Source: an uncultured Gemmatimonadales bacterium
Lineage (GTDB): Bacteria; Gemmatimonadota; Gemmatimonadetes; Gemmatimonadales; Gemmatimonadaceae
Reading direction: 5' to 3'
DNA: 64,000 bases
Assembly (NCBI GenBank): GCA_963851265.1
Contig: CAWKNZ010000003.1
Coordinates: forward strand, 32,001 to 96,000
Shown: in pieces, positions 19,670 to 28,790 of the stretch
Position numbering within the stretch: position 1 is the first letter of the stretch
Layout: every line of letters starts with the position of its first letter
Translations under genes and position numbers: made by a program
Notes under the pieces: generated by a model
What the model saw: only the letters and a program-made list of their open reading frames with translations
What the model was told of the DNA's origin: nothing
The model's database searches: none

Positions 19670-22261
19670 GTGCCGTTTTCGGCGACGTCGCGCCGGCGCG
19701 CCCGGCGCCGGCGGGTGCGTGCCGCGCGCGCGGCGCGCGCGACCACGATGCTGGCTCTCGTCGCGGGTCCGGTGAGGGCCGGCGCGCAGGCCGCCGCGTG
19801 CACGCCGGTTTCGCTGCGCGACGCACTCGACCGTATTGCCGCAGCGGCGCACGCACGCCTCTCGTACAGCCGCGAGCTCCTAGACGTCGACCGCGCGGTG
19901 TGCGAGCCCGCGCCCAACGCACCGCCGCTGGCCGCGCTCGACGAACTGCTTCGCGGCACGGGCCTCGAAGCGGTGTCGGTGGGCGGCGGACAGATCGTGC
20001 TGACCCCGTCGGCGCACGCAGCCGGTGACGGGGTCGGATCGGCGTCGCGGCCGGCCGTGCTCGACCGCGTGGTCGTCACTGGGAGTGCAGCCGGCGCGCC
20101 CGCGCGCGGGCTCCCGGTCGCACTCTCGGTCGTCGACGGCACCGCGCTCGGCGCGCGCGCGACCACCGCATTCTCGACGGCGCTCGACGGGGTGATCCCG
20201 GGGCTCTGGGTCTGGACGCAGCCCACGACCACGCTGCTCGCGCGCTACGCCGGCCTGCGCGGCGCGAGCTCGTTCGGCCTCACCACGCCCAAGCTCTACA
20301 TCGATGGGGTGGAGGTCGCGAACCCGCTGTTCGTCACCTCGCTCATGCCCGACCAGATCGAACGGATCGAGGTGATCCGCGGACCGCAGGGGGCCGCGCT
20401 GTACGGGGCGGACGCGATCAGCGGCGTCATCAACATCGTCACGCGACACGACGGCGCGGCCAACGGCGGGCGCGACGTCACGCTTCGCAGCGGCGTGGGC
20501 GCCGCAGCCACGGCGTTCGCGCCGCGCCCCGCGTTCTCGCAGGACCAGGGACTCACGCTGCGCGCGGGCTCTGGCGCGCAAACCGGTGGGCTGTCACTCG
20601 GTTTCGCCACGCTCGGACCGGTCGTTCCGGGACGGACCGCGTACCAGTTCAACGCGCTCGGCAACGCACGCCGCATCGGGCAGAACGGCGTGCTCACGCT
20701 CACCGCGCGACTGGCCGACGCGATCACCCCGCCGAGCGACACCAGCGGACTCGGGTCTGCCGTCGCCGCGTCGCAGGCCATCGCGGCGATGCAGCACATC
20801 ACCCAACTCACGCTCGCGGCCAACCAGGTGCGCACGGCGGGGGGGCGCTGGACGCAGACGTTCACCGCAGGCGTGGACGCGTACCACCTGTCGGGCATGG
20901 CTGCCCCTTCGGTCGCCGCGCTCCCGGCGGGTGCGGACACGACGCAGCAGGGCGCGCGCGGCTCGGCCGCCCGTGGCACGCTCCGGGCGAGCACCACCGC
21001 CACGTACGACCCGGCGCGCGACGTTGCCGTGACCGTGACCGGCATCGCCGACTACGGCCTGCTGCGCGACGGCACGCAATACGACAGCCCCTACGGCATG
21101 TCGCAGTCCGGCGGCACGCCGCTCCCCCAGACCACGCCGACCTCGGGATACGCGCACGGCGGACTCACGACGTCTACGCCGGTGACCTGGCTGAGCACGG
21201 CCGGACTCGTGGGACAGACCACGGTCGCGCTCCGCGACGCGCTGTTCGTCACGGCCGGCCTTCGGGGCGAACGCAACGACGGCTTCACCGCCGCGAGCCG
21301 CACCGCGCTACTCCCGTCGCTCGGGGTGTCGGCGGTGCGGACCCTCGGCGGCGCGACGCTCAAGCTGCGCGGGGCGTACGGCAGCGGGCTCAAGCCGGCC
21401 CGCAACGAGGCGCGCACCCTCTCGTGGCACGCCATCGGCGGCGGCGCACTCCCGTCGTCTCTCGCACCGGAATCGCAGACCGGTGTCGAGGCCGGCGCCG
21501 ACCTGTTCCTGGGCCGCGCCGCGCGCGAGGGCGGGGCGGCGACGACGCTCGCGCTGCACGTCACCGGCTACGACCAACACGCGTCCAACCTGATCCAGCA
21601 GGTCGGACTCGCGCCGAGCGGGCGCGACCACGACCGGCGGTGGACCGAGCCGTCCGCCGACTGGGCGGGCACGTGGTCCGACGCCGATTCGGACGGCCAC
21701 CGCTACGGTCCGAAAGGTCTCGCCTACGAGCTGCAGAACGTCGGGGCGATCAGCAATCGCGGGTTCGAAGGTGAGACGCAGCTCCGTGCGACGCGCCCCG
21801 GCCGCGGCGTGCTGACGTTCGGGGCCACGGTCGCGTACGTCGACAGCCGGGTGACGCACACCGCGGACACCTATAGCGGCGAGCTACGCGCGGGCGACCG
21901 GGTGCTCGAGGTGCCGCGGTGGACGTTCGGCGCCACGGCGAACTGGCGCATTGCGGGCTGGGCCACCACGGTCGGGCTCGCGCGCGCGGCCAACTGGATC
22001 AATTACGACCGCGTTGCACTCGTACAGGCGGTCGGCGCGGGGCGCGCGGATTCGGCGCTCACCGGCCCCGCACTGCGCGCGTACTGGCGCACCTACGCGG
22101 GCGAGACGCGGCTCCGTGCCGACATCCTGCGCGAACTCACGCGCGGCCTCTCAGTGGTCCTGACCGGTGAAAACCTGCTCGGTCAGCAGCGCGGCGAGCC
22201 GGACAATCTCACCACGCTTCCCGGGCGGACCTTCACCGCCGGCGTCCGCGCCCGCTTCTGA
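19670..22261 (+). CDS. TonB-dependent transducer/receptor with N-terminal STN-like domain
   Basis: SLRDALDRIA..ALDELLRGTGL (STN); LDRVVVTG TonB box; plug YIDGV, IERIEVIRGPQGAALYGADAISGVINIVT; C-terminal GVRARF. Start may be ATG 19748. Confidence 0.9.
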   Translation: MPFSATSRRRARRRRVRAARAARATTMLALVAGPVRAGAQAAACTPVSLRDALDRIAAAAHARLSYSRELLDVDRAVCEPAPNAPPLAALDELLRGTGLEAVSVGGGQIVLTPSAHAAGDGVGSASRPAVLDRVVVTGSAAGAPARGLPVALSVVDGTALGARATTAFSTALDGVIPGLWVWTQPTTTLLARYAGLRGASSFGLTTPKLYIDGVEVANPLFVTSLMPDQIERIEVIRGPQGAALYGADAISGVINIVTRHDGAANGGRDVTLRSGVGAAATAFAPRPAFSQDQGLTLRAGSGAQTGGLSLGFATLGPVVPGRTAYQFNALGNARRIGQNGVLTLTARLADAITPPSDTSGLGSAVAASQAIAAMQHITQLTLAANQVRTAGGRWTQTFTAGVDAYHLSGMAAPSVAALPAGADTTQQGARGSAARGTLRASTTATYDPARDVAVTVTGIADYGLLRDGTQYDSPYGMSQSGGTPLPQTTPTSGYAHGGLTTSTPVTWLSTAGLVGQTTVALRDALFVTAGLRGERNDGFTAASRTALLPSLGVSAVRTLGGATLKLRGAYGSGLKPARNEARTLSWHAIGGGALPSSLAPESQTGVEAGADLFLGRAAREGGAATTLALHVTGYDQHASNLIQQVGLAPSGRDHDRRWTEPSADWAGTWSDADSDGHRYGPKGLAYELQNVGAISNRGFEGETQLRATRPGRGVLTFGATVAYVDSRVTHTADTYSGELRAGDRVLEVPRWTFGATANWRIAGWATTVGLARAANWINYDRVALVQAVGAGRADSALTGPALRAYWRTYAGETRLRADILRELTRGLSVVLTGENLLGQQRGEPDNLTTLPGRTFTAGVRARF

Positions 22262-22375
22262 GGAGCGAGCGACCGGCGCGGCCCTCGCGATTCGCGTGGG
22301 GCCGGACCGCTGCGCGGATCGCCGCGTCCGGCAGTCCCATCACACCACCGCCTGTCGACGCGTCTGACCGCCCGC

Positions 22376-22864
22376 TTACGGCCGCGGTCCTCTCGCGGGA
22401 TCGGCGCCGGGCCCGCCCGGGCCGCCGCCCGGGCCGCCCGGGCCGCCCGGGCCGAACCGGCCGCGCATCCGCCGCTCGTGCTCGGCGTGCGCCGAGTCGA
22501 ACCGGACACGCTGCTCGGGCGTGAGCACCGCGCGGACGTCCGCGCGCGTCGAGTCGAGGATCGCCCGCAGCGACTGTCCGGGGCCGCGCCAGAACCCGTC
22601 GATCTGTCCGCGGCGCGCCACGAGCACACTGTCGATCCGCGTGCGCTGTGGCGCACTCAAGCCGTAGCTCGCGATCGGTCCGCCGTCGAGCAACATCTCG
22701 TCGCGTGGCCCGCGGCGTGGGCCGCGTGCGCCGAATCGCGTTCCGACTCCCCAACCCGTGCCTGCCCCCGCCAGGAAGACGAGCAGCATCGCGAGCGCGG
22801 CGAGCCACCGCGTGTTCGGCGCCGCCGGTGACGGCCCCGCGTCCCCACCGTCGGCTAGGGTCAC
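22376..22864 (-). CDS. Membrane-anchored periplasmic LTxxQ (Spy/CpxP/CnrX-like) protein
   Basis: GTG overlaps upstream TGA; TM LLVFLAGAGTG; GLSAPQ and VLTPEQR motifs; GGP tail. Confidence 0.75.
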   Translation of the reverse strand: MTLADGGDAGPSPAAPNTRWLAALAMLLVFLAGAGTGWGVGTRFGARGPRRGPRDEMLLDGGPIASYGLSAPQRTRIDSVLVARRGQIDGFWRGPGQSLRAILDSTRADVRAVLTPEQRVRFDSAHAEHERRMRGRFGPGGPGGPGGGPGGPGADPARGPRP

Positions 22865-23376
22865 GGAGCGCCCCCGAGCCCGATCGCGCGGCCGAGCGCG
22901 TCGACGCTCGGCGCACGCGCCTGGTCGGGCCACTGCGCGCTCGGATCGTGGAGACTGAGCGCCTGGACCGCCGACGCGTCGCTGAGTTCCTGCCCGGTCG
23001 CGGAGCCGGGGCCCGTTCCCAAGCGCGCGAGTCCCACGGCCAGCAGCCCGGCCGCCGCCGCCGCGAACAGGGCCGGGCGGAGCGCCCGCGCGAAGAGAGG
23101 GGTCAGCTCGTCGCGTCCGCGCGCGCGACCCGCGACGCGCCCGGCCGCGTGCGTCGTGCGGACGACGACGAGCGGCGGACGGCCGCCCCGAAGCGCGGCG
23201 CGGCGGGTGAGTTCGGCCGAAGCCGCGGCCTCGATCCGCCGCGCGAGCGCGTCGTACTCCGCCGCGCTGCGCGCGTACGCGCCGAGTTCGGGAGGCGGCG
23301 GCTCGGCCGCGAGTTGCGCGTCCGTCACCGGATCGAGGTCCGTAGGGGCCATGTCGTCGGCTCTGTGGTCCGTCAT
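22861..23376 (-). CDS. Putative anti-sigma factor (single TM)
   Basis: ATG overlaps the sigma stop; hydrophobic PALFAAAAAGLLAVGL. Function inferred from position. Confidence 0.6.
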   Translation of the reverse strand: MTDHRADDMAPTDLDPVTDAQLAAEPPPPELGAYARSAAEYDALARRIEAAASAELTRRAALRGGRPPLVVVRTTHAAGRVAGRARGRDELTPLFARALRPALFAAAAAGLLAVGLARLGTGPGSATGQELSDASAVQALSLHDPSAQWPDQARAPSVDALGRAIGLGGAP

Positions 23377-24011
23377 CGGTCAGCTCCGCGCCGCCACTCG
23401 GCGCTCAACCGCTCGCGGAGTGCGCGCCGCGCCCAGAACAGGTGCGCACGCACGGTCCCCTCGGCGATCCCTAGATGGTCTCCGATCTCGCGGTGGGTCC
23501 ACCCCTCCACGTCGTGCAGCAGTACCACGGACCGGCGCGTCTCGGTCAGCGACGCCAGCGCGGCGCGCAGATGGTCGCGCGCGTCGGCCCGTTCGGCCGC
23601 GTCGAGCACGCCCCCACCGGTCGACGCGGCCAGCGCGCCCGAGAGGCTCGCCGCGCGCTCGTCGTCGTCGAGCGATTCCGCGCGGCGCACGCGGGCACGG
23701 CGCCGCAGGTCGATGGCGCGGTTGCGCACGATGACGAGGAGCCAGGGGCGGAATTTCTCCGCCGGGCGGCACTCCTCGATGCGCGTCAGCGCGGTCACGA
23801 ACGCGTCCTGCGCGCAGTCGTCGGCGTCGGTGGGGTCGCCGAGTACCGACAGGGCGGCACCGCGTGCCGCGGCGAGGTGCCGCCGCACGAGGAGGCCGAA
23901 CGCGCCGCGGTCGCCCGCCACCGCCCCCTCGACGAGGACGGCGTCGGAGACGTCCGCGGGCGGCGCGCCCGCGGGAGGAACGTCCGCGGCAAACGCGTCA
24001 GCGGCAGCCAC
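23373..24011 (-). CDS. ECF sigma-70 factor (RpoE/SigW-like)
   Basis: GDRGAFGLLVRRH, ADDCAQDAF, FRPWLLVIVRNRAID, LHDVEGWTHREIG.LGIAEGTVRAHL. Start uncertain. Confidence 0.92.
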   Translation of the reverse strand: MAAADAFAADVPPAGAPPADVSDAVLVEGAVAGDRGAFGLLVRRHLAAARGAALSVLGDPTDADDCAQDAFVTALTRIEECRPAEKFRPWLLVIVRNRAIDLRRRARVRRAESLDDDERAASLSGALAASTGGGVLDAAERADARDHLRAALASLTETRRSVVLLHDVEGWTHREIGDHLGIAEGTVRAHLFWARRALRERLSAEWRRGADR

Positions 24012-24041
24012 CGCTTGCGAGACGGGCTGCGCGGAGCGCGG

Positions 24042-24515
24042 TCAGCCGTGCCCGGGGCCGCCCATCCCGCCCTGGCCGCCCTCGCGCATCCGCTGCTGGC
24101 CCTGCTCGCGCATCTTGGCCAGGTTGGCGTCGAACGTCTTCTGCTGATCGGGCGTGAGGATGGCGCGCATGGCCGTGCGCTGCGACTCCATCTCGTGGCG
24201 GAACTGCATCATCGTCGCGCTGTCCGGAGGGCCGCCCTGCATCATCTGGCTGCGCATGGCCTGCATGCGCGTGCGGCCGGCGGCCTGCACCGAGTCGAGC
24301 TGCGCGCGCTGCGCGTCGCTCAACGTGATGCCCTGCATCAGCATGCCCATGCCGCGCATGCCCATGCCGCCGCGGCCCGGACCGCCGGCCGGCGGCTGGC
24401 CCGCTGGGGGCTGGTCGCCTGCCTGCGCGGCAAGCACGGCCGGCGCGGCGCAGCAGATCGAGGCGATCGCCGCGGCGAACGCGACGCGGTGGGGAAAACG
24501 GAGGATCGAGATCAT
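24042..24515 (-). CDS. Spy/CpxP family periplasmic chaperone-like protein
   Basis: Signal peptide; Met/Gln-rich; GITLSDAQ and ILTPDQQKTFDAN motifs. Confidence 0.88.
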   Translation of the reverse strand: MISILRFPHRVAFAAAIASICCAAPAVLAAQAGDQPPAGQPPAGGPGRGGMGMRGMGMLMQGITLSDAQRAQLDSVQAAGRTRMQAMRSQMMQGGPPDSATMMQFRHEMESQRTAMRAILTPDQQKTFDANLAKMREQGQQRMREGGQGGMGGPGHG

Positions 24516-24624
24516 GGCGGGACTCGCGAAAGCTACGGGTGGGGGTCGCACCGCAGCGAAGGACCGTGGCGTGCTGCGCGACGGCGGAGCGCTCGAGGGT
24601 GCGGTCGAGCGCTCCTGTCGAGAA

Positions 24625-24650
24625 GACGCGGAGCCGTCGGACAGCGTTTA
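24625..24650 (-). promoter_or_regulatory. Candidate ECF promoter TAAACG-N16-CGT upstream of the spy-sigma-antisigma operon
   Basis: Minus strand reads TAAACG CTGTCCGACGGCTCCG CGTC. Confidence 0.75.
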
Positions 24651-24715
24651 AGCGTGGCCTTCAACCACGAGTTCGATCGCGGCGTTCGAGAGGTGCGGCC
24701 ACCGGCCGTCGCGGG

Positions 24716-24741
24716 TAAACGCGGGCCGACGGTGGGGCGTG
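24716..24741 (+). promoter_or_regulatory. Candidate ECF promoter TAAACG-N16-CGT upstream of Oar-type receptor 1
   Basis: TAAACG CGGGCCGACGGTGGGG CGTG; divergent from the copy at 24625-24650. Confidence 0.7.
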
Positions 24742-24824
24742 TGCAGGGCGGGACGGAATCGGCACGCGCCGCGCGCCCCTCTCCTGCCCTTCCAGTGTAG
24801 CGCCCGTTCACGCCCGCCGTCGCG

Positions 24825-24879
24825 TGCCCCGCTCTCGCATGCCCCGCTCTCGCATGCCCCGCTCTCGCATGCCCCGCTC
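24825..24879 (+). repeat. 15-bp tandem repeat TGCCCCGCTCTCGCA (about 3.7 copies) at the receptor start
   Basis: Units start at 24825, 24840, 24855, 24870; junctions form in-frame ATGs (MPRSR). Confidence 0.9.
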
Positions 24880-24880
24880 C

Positions 24881-27800
24881 ATGCGCCGTTCCGCGCGCCG
24901 CGTCCGCCCCTGGCTCGCGGCCGTCGCCGTGTTCGCCGCCCCCGCGCTCGCCGCGCCCGCGGCCGCAGCGGCGCAGGTCGGCACGACCACCGACGTGCTC
25001 ACCGGCACGATCCGCGACCCCGCGGGCAAGCCGCTCGCCGGCGCGACCGTCACGGTCACGTCGGTCGAGACGCAGGTCGCCCGCACGCGCCAGACCGACG
25101 CCAAGGGACGCTACGTGATCGTCTTCCCCGAAGGCGGCGGGCGCTACCAGCTCTCGGCGCGCAGCATCGGCCTCGCGCCGCGCACGGTGCTCGTCCAGCG
25201 ACAGGTGGACGAGGACCAGCTGATCGCCAACCTCACGTTGGGCACGCCCGGCGCGAGCGGCACGCCGACGCTCGACCGCGTCGTCGTCCGCGGCCAGCGC
25301 AACGCGGGACGCGGCAACGACCGCCCGTCCCCGGGCTCGACCGAGCGCCTGCTCACCCCCGACCAGGTGCTGCGCCTGCCGATCGAGGACGCGAGCGACC
25401 TCACCGCCCTCGCCGCACTCGCGCCGGGTGTGGTGAGCATCACGGGCACCGACTCGACGGCGAACAGCTTCTCGGTCGCGGGGCAGCGCACCGACCAGAA
25501 CAACGTCACGCTCGACGGCATCTCGTTCGGGTCCAGCTCGATCCCGCAGGACGCCGTACGCAACACGCGCGTGATCACGAGCACGTACGACGTCGCGCGC
25601 GGGCAGTTCTCGGGCGGGCAGATCGCGAGCACCACGCGCTCGGGGACGAACCTGCTTCAGGGCAGCTTCACCGAGCAGTACCGCAATCCGAGCCTCGCGT
25701 GGTCGCCGGCTGGCGCGGGCGCGTTCGGCCAGAGCTACCTGCAGAACAGCTTCTCGGGCGGGATTGGCGGACCGATCATCAAGGACCGCCTGTTCGTCTT
25801 CGGCGCGTTCCAGCTGCGTGAACGCTACGACCCGATTCAGTCGCTCACGACGGCGAACGCGACGACGCTCGAGCGCCTCGGCGTGAGTCCCGATTCGGCG
25901 GCGCGCTTCCTCGGCGGCCTGTCGCAGTACGGCGTGGCGCCGACGCTCGCCGGGATACCGTCGCGACGCACCACCAACAGCGACCAGCTCTTCGCGCGCG
26001 TCGACGCCGTGCTGACGCAGAGCGAAACGCTCACGCTGCGTCTCGACGCCCGCCGTACGAGCGCCGACGCGACGCGCATCTCCGCACTCGGCCTTCCCTC
26101 GGCGGGAGGCACGCAGAGCCAGAGCGGCGGCGGCGTGTTCGGCTCGCTCACGTCGCAGTTCACCGCCACCGACGGACTCTTCGCCGGCGCGTTGATCAAC
26201 GAGGTGCGCGCCTACCGTTCGTTGGGCAAGCAGGCCACCGACGCGTACCTCGACGCGCCCGCTGGGCGCGTGCAGCTGATCTCCGCGCTGCCGGGGGCTG
26301 CCGGCACCGCCGGGGGCGTCGGGGCGACGGTGCTACAGTTCGGCGGCAACGCCTCGCTGCCGCAGGCGAGCAACAACACGGCGTTCGAGGGCACCGAGGA
26401 GCTGTCGTTCATCCCCGCCGGCCGGCCGCACCGCGTCAAGCTCGGCGCCCTGCTCAACGTGAGCGACCTCGACCAGACCACGGCGACCAACAGCCTCGGC
26501 ACCTACACGTTCTCGTCGCTCGCCAACTTCCTCGCCGACCAGCCCTCGCAGTTCACCCGCACGCTCTCGCCCACGCAGCGCCTGGGCGGGTCGGTGAACG
26601 CGGCCGTCTACGCGGGTGACACGTGGCGCGCCGGCCAGGGCGTGCAGCTGACCTACGGGCTCCGCGTCGAGCACTCCAACTACACCCACCCGCCCGCGGC
26701 GAACGCCGCGCTCGACTCGGCGTTCGGCGTGCGGACGGGCGCGTTCCCCACCGAGACGCACCTGAGCCCGCGCATCGGCTTCACCTGGGCGCCAGTCCGC
26801 GCCTCCGCGCCGAACGCGAACGCCGACGCACCGGGCGCGCAAGGCGGCGCGCCCGATGCGGGCGGACGCGGGGGTGGCGGGGGCGGCGGCTTCGGTGGCC
26901 GCGGGGGTGGCGGATTCGGCGGGGGCTTCGGCGGCGGTCGGACCGGCGGTCCGACGACGGTGATCCGCGGCGGCATCGGCGAGTTCCGCGGGCTGGCGCC
27001 TGCCGGACTGTTCGCCGCCGCGCAGGGCGCGCCGGGGTTCCTCGCCACGCAGTCGCAACTCGTTTGCACCGGGGCGGCCGTGCCCGCGCCCGACTACGGC
27101 GACTGGACGAGCGACCCCGCGGCCATTCCGTCGTCGTGCGTCGACGTTCCGATCGACGGCATTCCGGTGGGCGCGCCGGGCACTGGCGCCCGCCCCAATG
27201 CGGTCGTCATCGGGCAGGGGTTCCAGGCGCCGCGCGCATGGCGCGCCTCGCTCGGCGGCCAGCGGCGGGTCGGCGAGCGCACCGCCGTCTCGCTCGACCT
27301 CAACTACGCGCTCGGCGTGGCGCAGTACGGGTTCCGCGACCTCAACCTGAACACGGCGCCGCAGTTCACGCTCGCCGCCGAGGGCGGTCGGCCCGTGTAC
27401 GTGCCCGCGTCCAGCATCGTGCCGGCGACCGGGGCGCTCTCGCTGTTCAACTCGCGCGTCGACCCCGCCTTCGGCCGCGTCCTCCAGACGACGAGCGGGC
27501 TGCGGTCCGACACCAAGCAGGCCACGCTCGGCGTCAACACGAGCACCGCGCGCGGCCTCCTCCTGAGCGCGAGCTACACGTTCACGCGCTCGACCGACGA
27601 GTCGTCGTTCCCGGGATCGTTAGGCGGCGCGGGGGTCGCGGGCACCACGCCCGGCAACCCCAACCTCGTGCAGCGCGCCACCAGCGACCTCGAGCGCCGG
27701 CACCAGCTCCTCGCGACGATCACCTACCCGATCACGTCGACGGTCGAGCTGACGTCGATCGCCCGCCTCAACTCGGGCGCGCCGTTCACGCCACTCGTCG

Positions 27801-28759
27801 GCAACGACATCAACGGCGACGGCGCGCGCGACGACCAGGCGTTCGTGTTCAACCCGGCGGCCGCGTCGGACACGGCGGTCGCGGGCGGGATGCGCCGCGT
27901 GCTGGCCGCGGCGCCGGCGAGCGTGCGCCGCTGCCTCACCTCGCAGCTCGGCCTCGTCGCGGCGCGCAACAGCTGCACGGGCCCGTGGACCCCCTCGCTC
28001 GATTTTCAGGCCAACATCCGCCCGACCGTGTTCGGGCTCGACCGCCGCCTGTCGCTCTCGGTGTCGACGACCAACTTCCTCTCCGGGCTCGACCAGCTGG
28101 TCCACGGCTCCAACAACGTGCAGGGTTGGGGCAACCCGGGACGCCCGGACGCGACGCTGCTCACGGTGCGAGGCTTCGACCCCGCGTCGCGACAGTTCCT
28201 CTACACGGTCAACGAGCGCTTCGGACAGACGGGCGCGGGGGCGAACGCGTTCCGCGTTCCGTTCTCGTTAGGCCTCCAGGCGCGCCTGGCGATCGGACCC
28301 GACCCGGCGCGCGACCGGCTGCGTCAGGTGTTCGGCGATCCCGGCGCCAGGGGTGCCGACGCGTCCGCGGCGTTCAACGACCGCTTCGCGCGGCTGGTCC
28401 CCAACCCGATCGACACGATCCTCGCGCTCCGCGATTCGCTCGCGCTCACGCCGCCGCAGCTCGGGAGCCTCACGACCCTCCGCGATTCGCTCCGCGCCCG
28501 CAACGCGCCACTCGCGGACTCGCTGCGTGCGCGCCTCGCCGCGGCACAGAGCGCGCCCGACCCGCGGCAGGCGTTCGCCACGATCGCGCCGCTGCTGCAG
28601 CGCGCGAGGGCGAACGCCGCCGCGACGTTGACGGCCGCACAGGGAGTGCTGACGCCCGAGCAGTGGGCGCGGGTGCCGGAGAGCGTGAAGCGGCCGCCCC
28701 GCGGCGGGGTGGGCGGAGGAAGAGGAGCGGGACGACCGGGCGGCGCCGGCGGGCCGTGA
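24881..28759 (+). CDS. Oar-type TonB-dependent-receptor-like protein 1 with C-terminal Spy/CpxP-like tail
   Basis: Signal peptide; carboxypeptidase-regulatory-like N-domain (PLAGATVTV, TDAKGRY); plug NNVTLDG, GQFSGGQI, RSGTN; barrel LTYGLRVE, SPRIGFTW; tail with LTPPQ and LTPEQ. Confidence 0.88.
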   Translation: MRRSARRVRPWLAAVAVFAAPALAAPAAAAAQVGTTTDVLTGTIRDPAGKPLAGATVTVTSVETQVARTRQTDAKGRYVIVFPEGGGRYQLSARSIGLAPRTVLVQRQVDEDQLIANLTLGTPGASGTPTLDRVVVRGQRNAGRGNDRPSPGSTERLLTPDQVLRLPIEDASDLTALAALAPGVVSITGTDSTANSFSVAGQRTDQNNVTLDGISFGSSSIPQDAVRNTRVITSTYDVARGQFSGGQIASTTRSGTNLLQGSFTEQYRNPSLAWSPAGAGAFGQSYLQNSFSGGIGGPIIKDRLFVFGAFQLRERYDPIQSLTTANATTLERLGVSPDSAARFLGGLSQYGVAPTLAGIPSRRTTNSDQLFARVDAVLTQSETLTLRLDARRTSADATRISALGLPSAGGTQSQSGGGVFGSLTSQFTATDGLFAGALINEVRAYRSLGKQATDAYLDAPAGRVQLISALPGAAGTAGGVGATVLQFGGNASLPQASNNTAFEGTEELSFIPAGRPHRVKLGALLNVSDLDQTTATNSLGTYTFSSLANFLADQPSQFTRTLSPTQRLGGSVNAAVYAGDTWRAGQGVQLTYGLRVEHSNYTHPPAANAALDSAFGVRTGAFPTETHLSPRIGFTWAPVRASAPNANADAPGAQGGAPDAGGRGGGGGGGFGGRGGGGFGGGFGGGRTGGPTTVIRGGIGEFRGLAPAGLFAAAQGAPGFLATQSQLVCTGAAVPAPDYGDWTSDPAAIPSSCVDVPIDGIPVGAPGTGARPNAVVIGQGFQAPRAWRASLGGQRRVGERTAVSLDLNYALGVAQYGFRDLNLNTAPQFTLAAEGGRPVYVPASSIVPATGALSLFNSRVDPAFGRVLQTTSGLRSDTKQATLGVNTSTARGLLLSASYTFTRSTDESSFPGSLGGAGVAGTTPGNPNLVQRATSDLERRHQLLATITYPITSTVELTSIARLNSGAPFTPLVGNDINGDGARDDQAFVFNPAAASDTAVAGGMRRVLAAAPASVRRCLTSQLGLVAARNSCTGPWTPSLDFQANIRPTVFGLDRRLSLSVSTTNFLSGLDQLVHGSNNVQGWGNPGRPDATLLTVRGFDPASRQFLYTVNERFGQTGAGANAFRVPFSLGLQARLAIGPDPARDRLRQVFGDPGARGADASAAFNDRFARLVPNPIDTILALRDSLALTPPQLGSLTTLRDSLRARNAPLADSLRARLAAAQSAPDPRQAFATIAPLLQRARANAAATLTAAQGVLTPEQWARVPESVKRPPRGGVGGGRGAGRPGGAGGP

Positions 28760-28790
28760 CGGCGCGCGTGGTCGCGTCGTCGCGGCCGCC

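Noticed and set aside
23342..23369. GTAGGGG followed by TGTGGT
   Set aside because: Second box imperfect and the site is antisense inside a CDS; likely chance.
18704..24879. Short tandem repeats as CRISPR-like arrays
   Set aside because: Head-to-tail 15-mers with no spacers and no cas genes.
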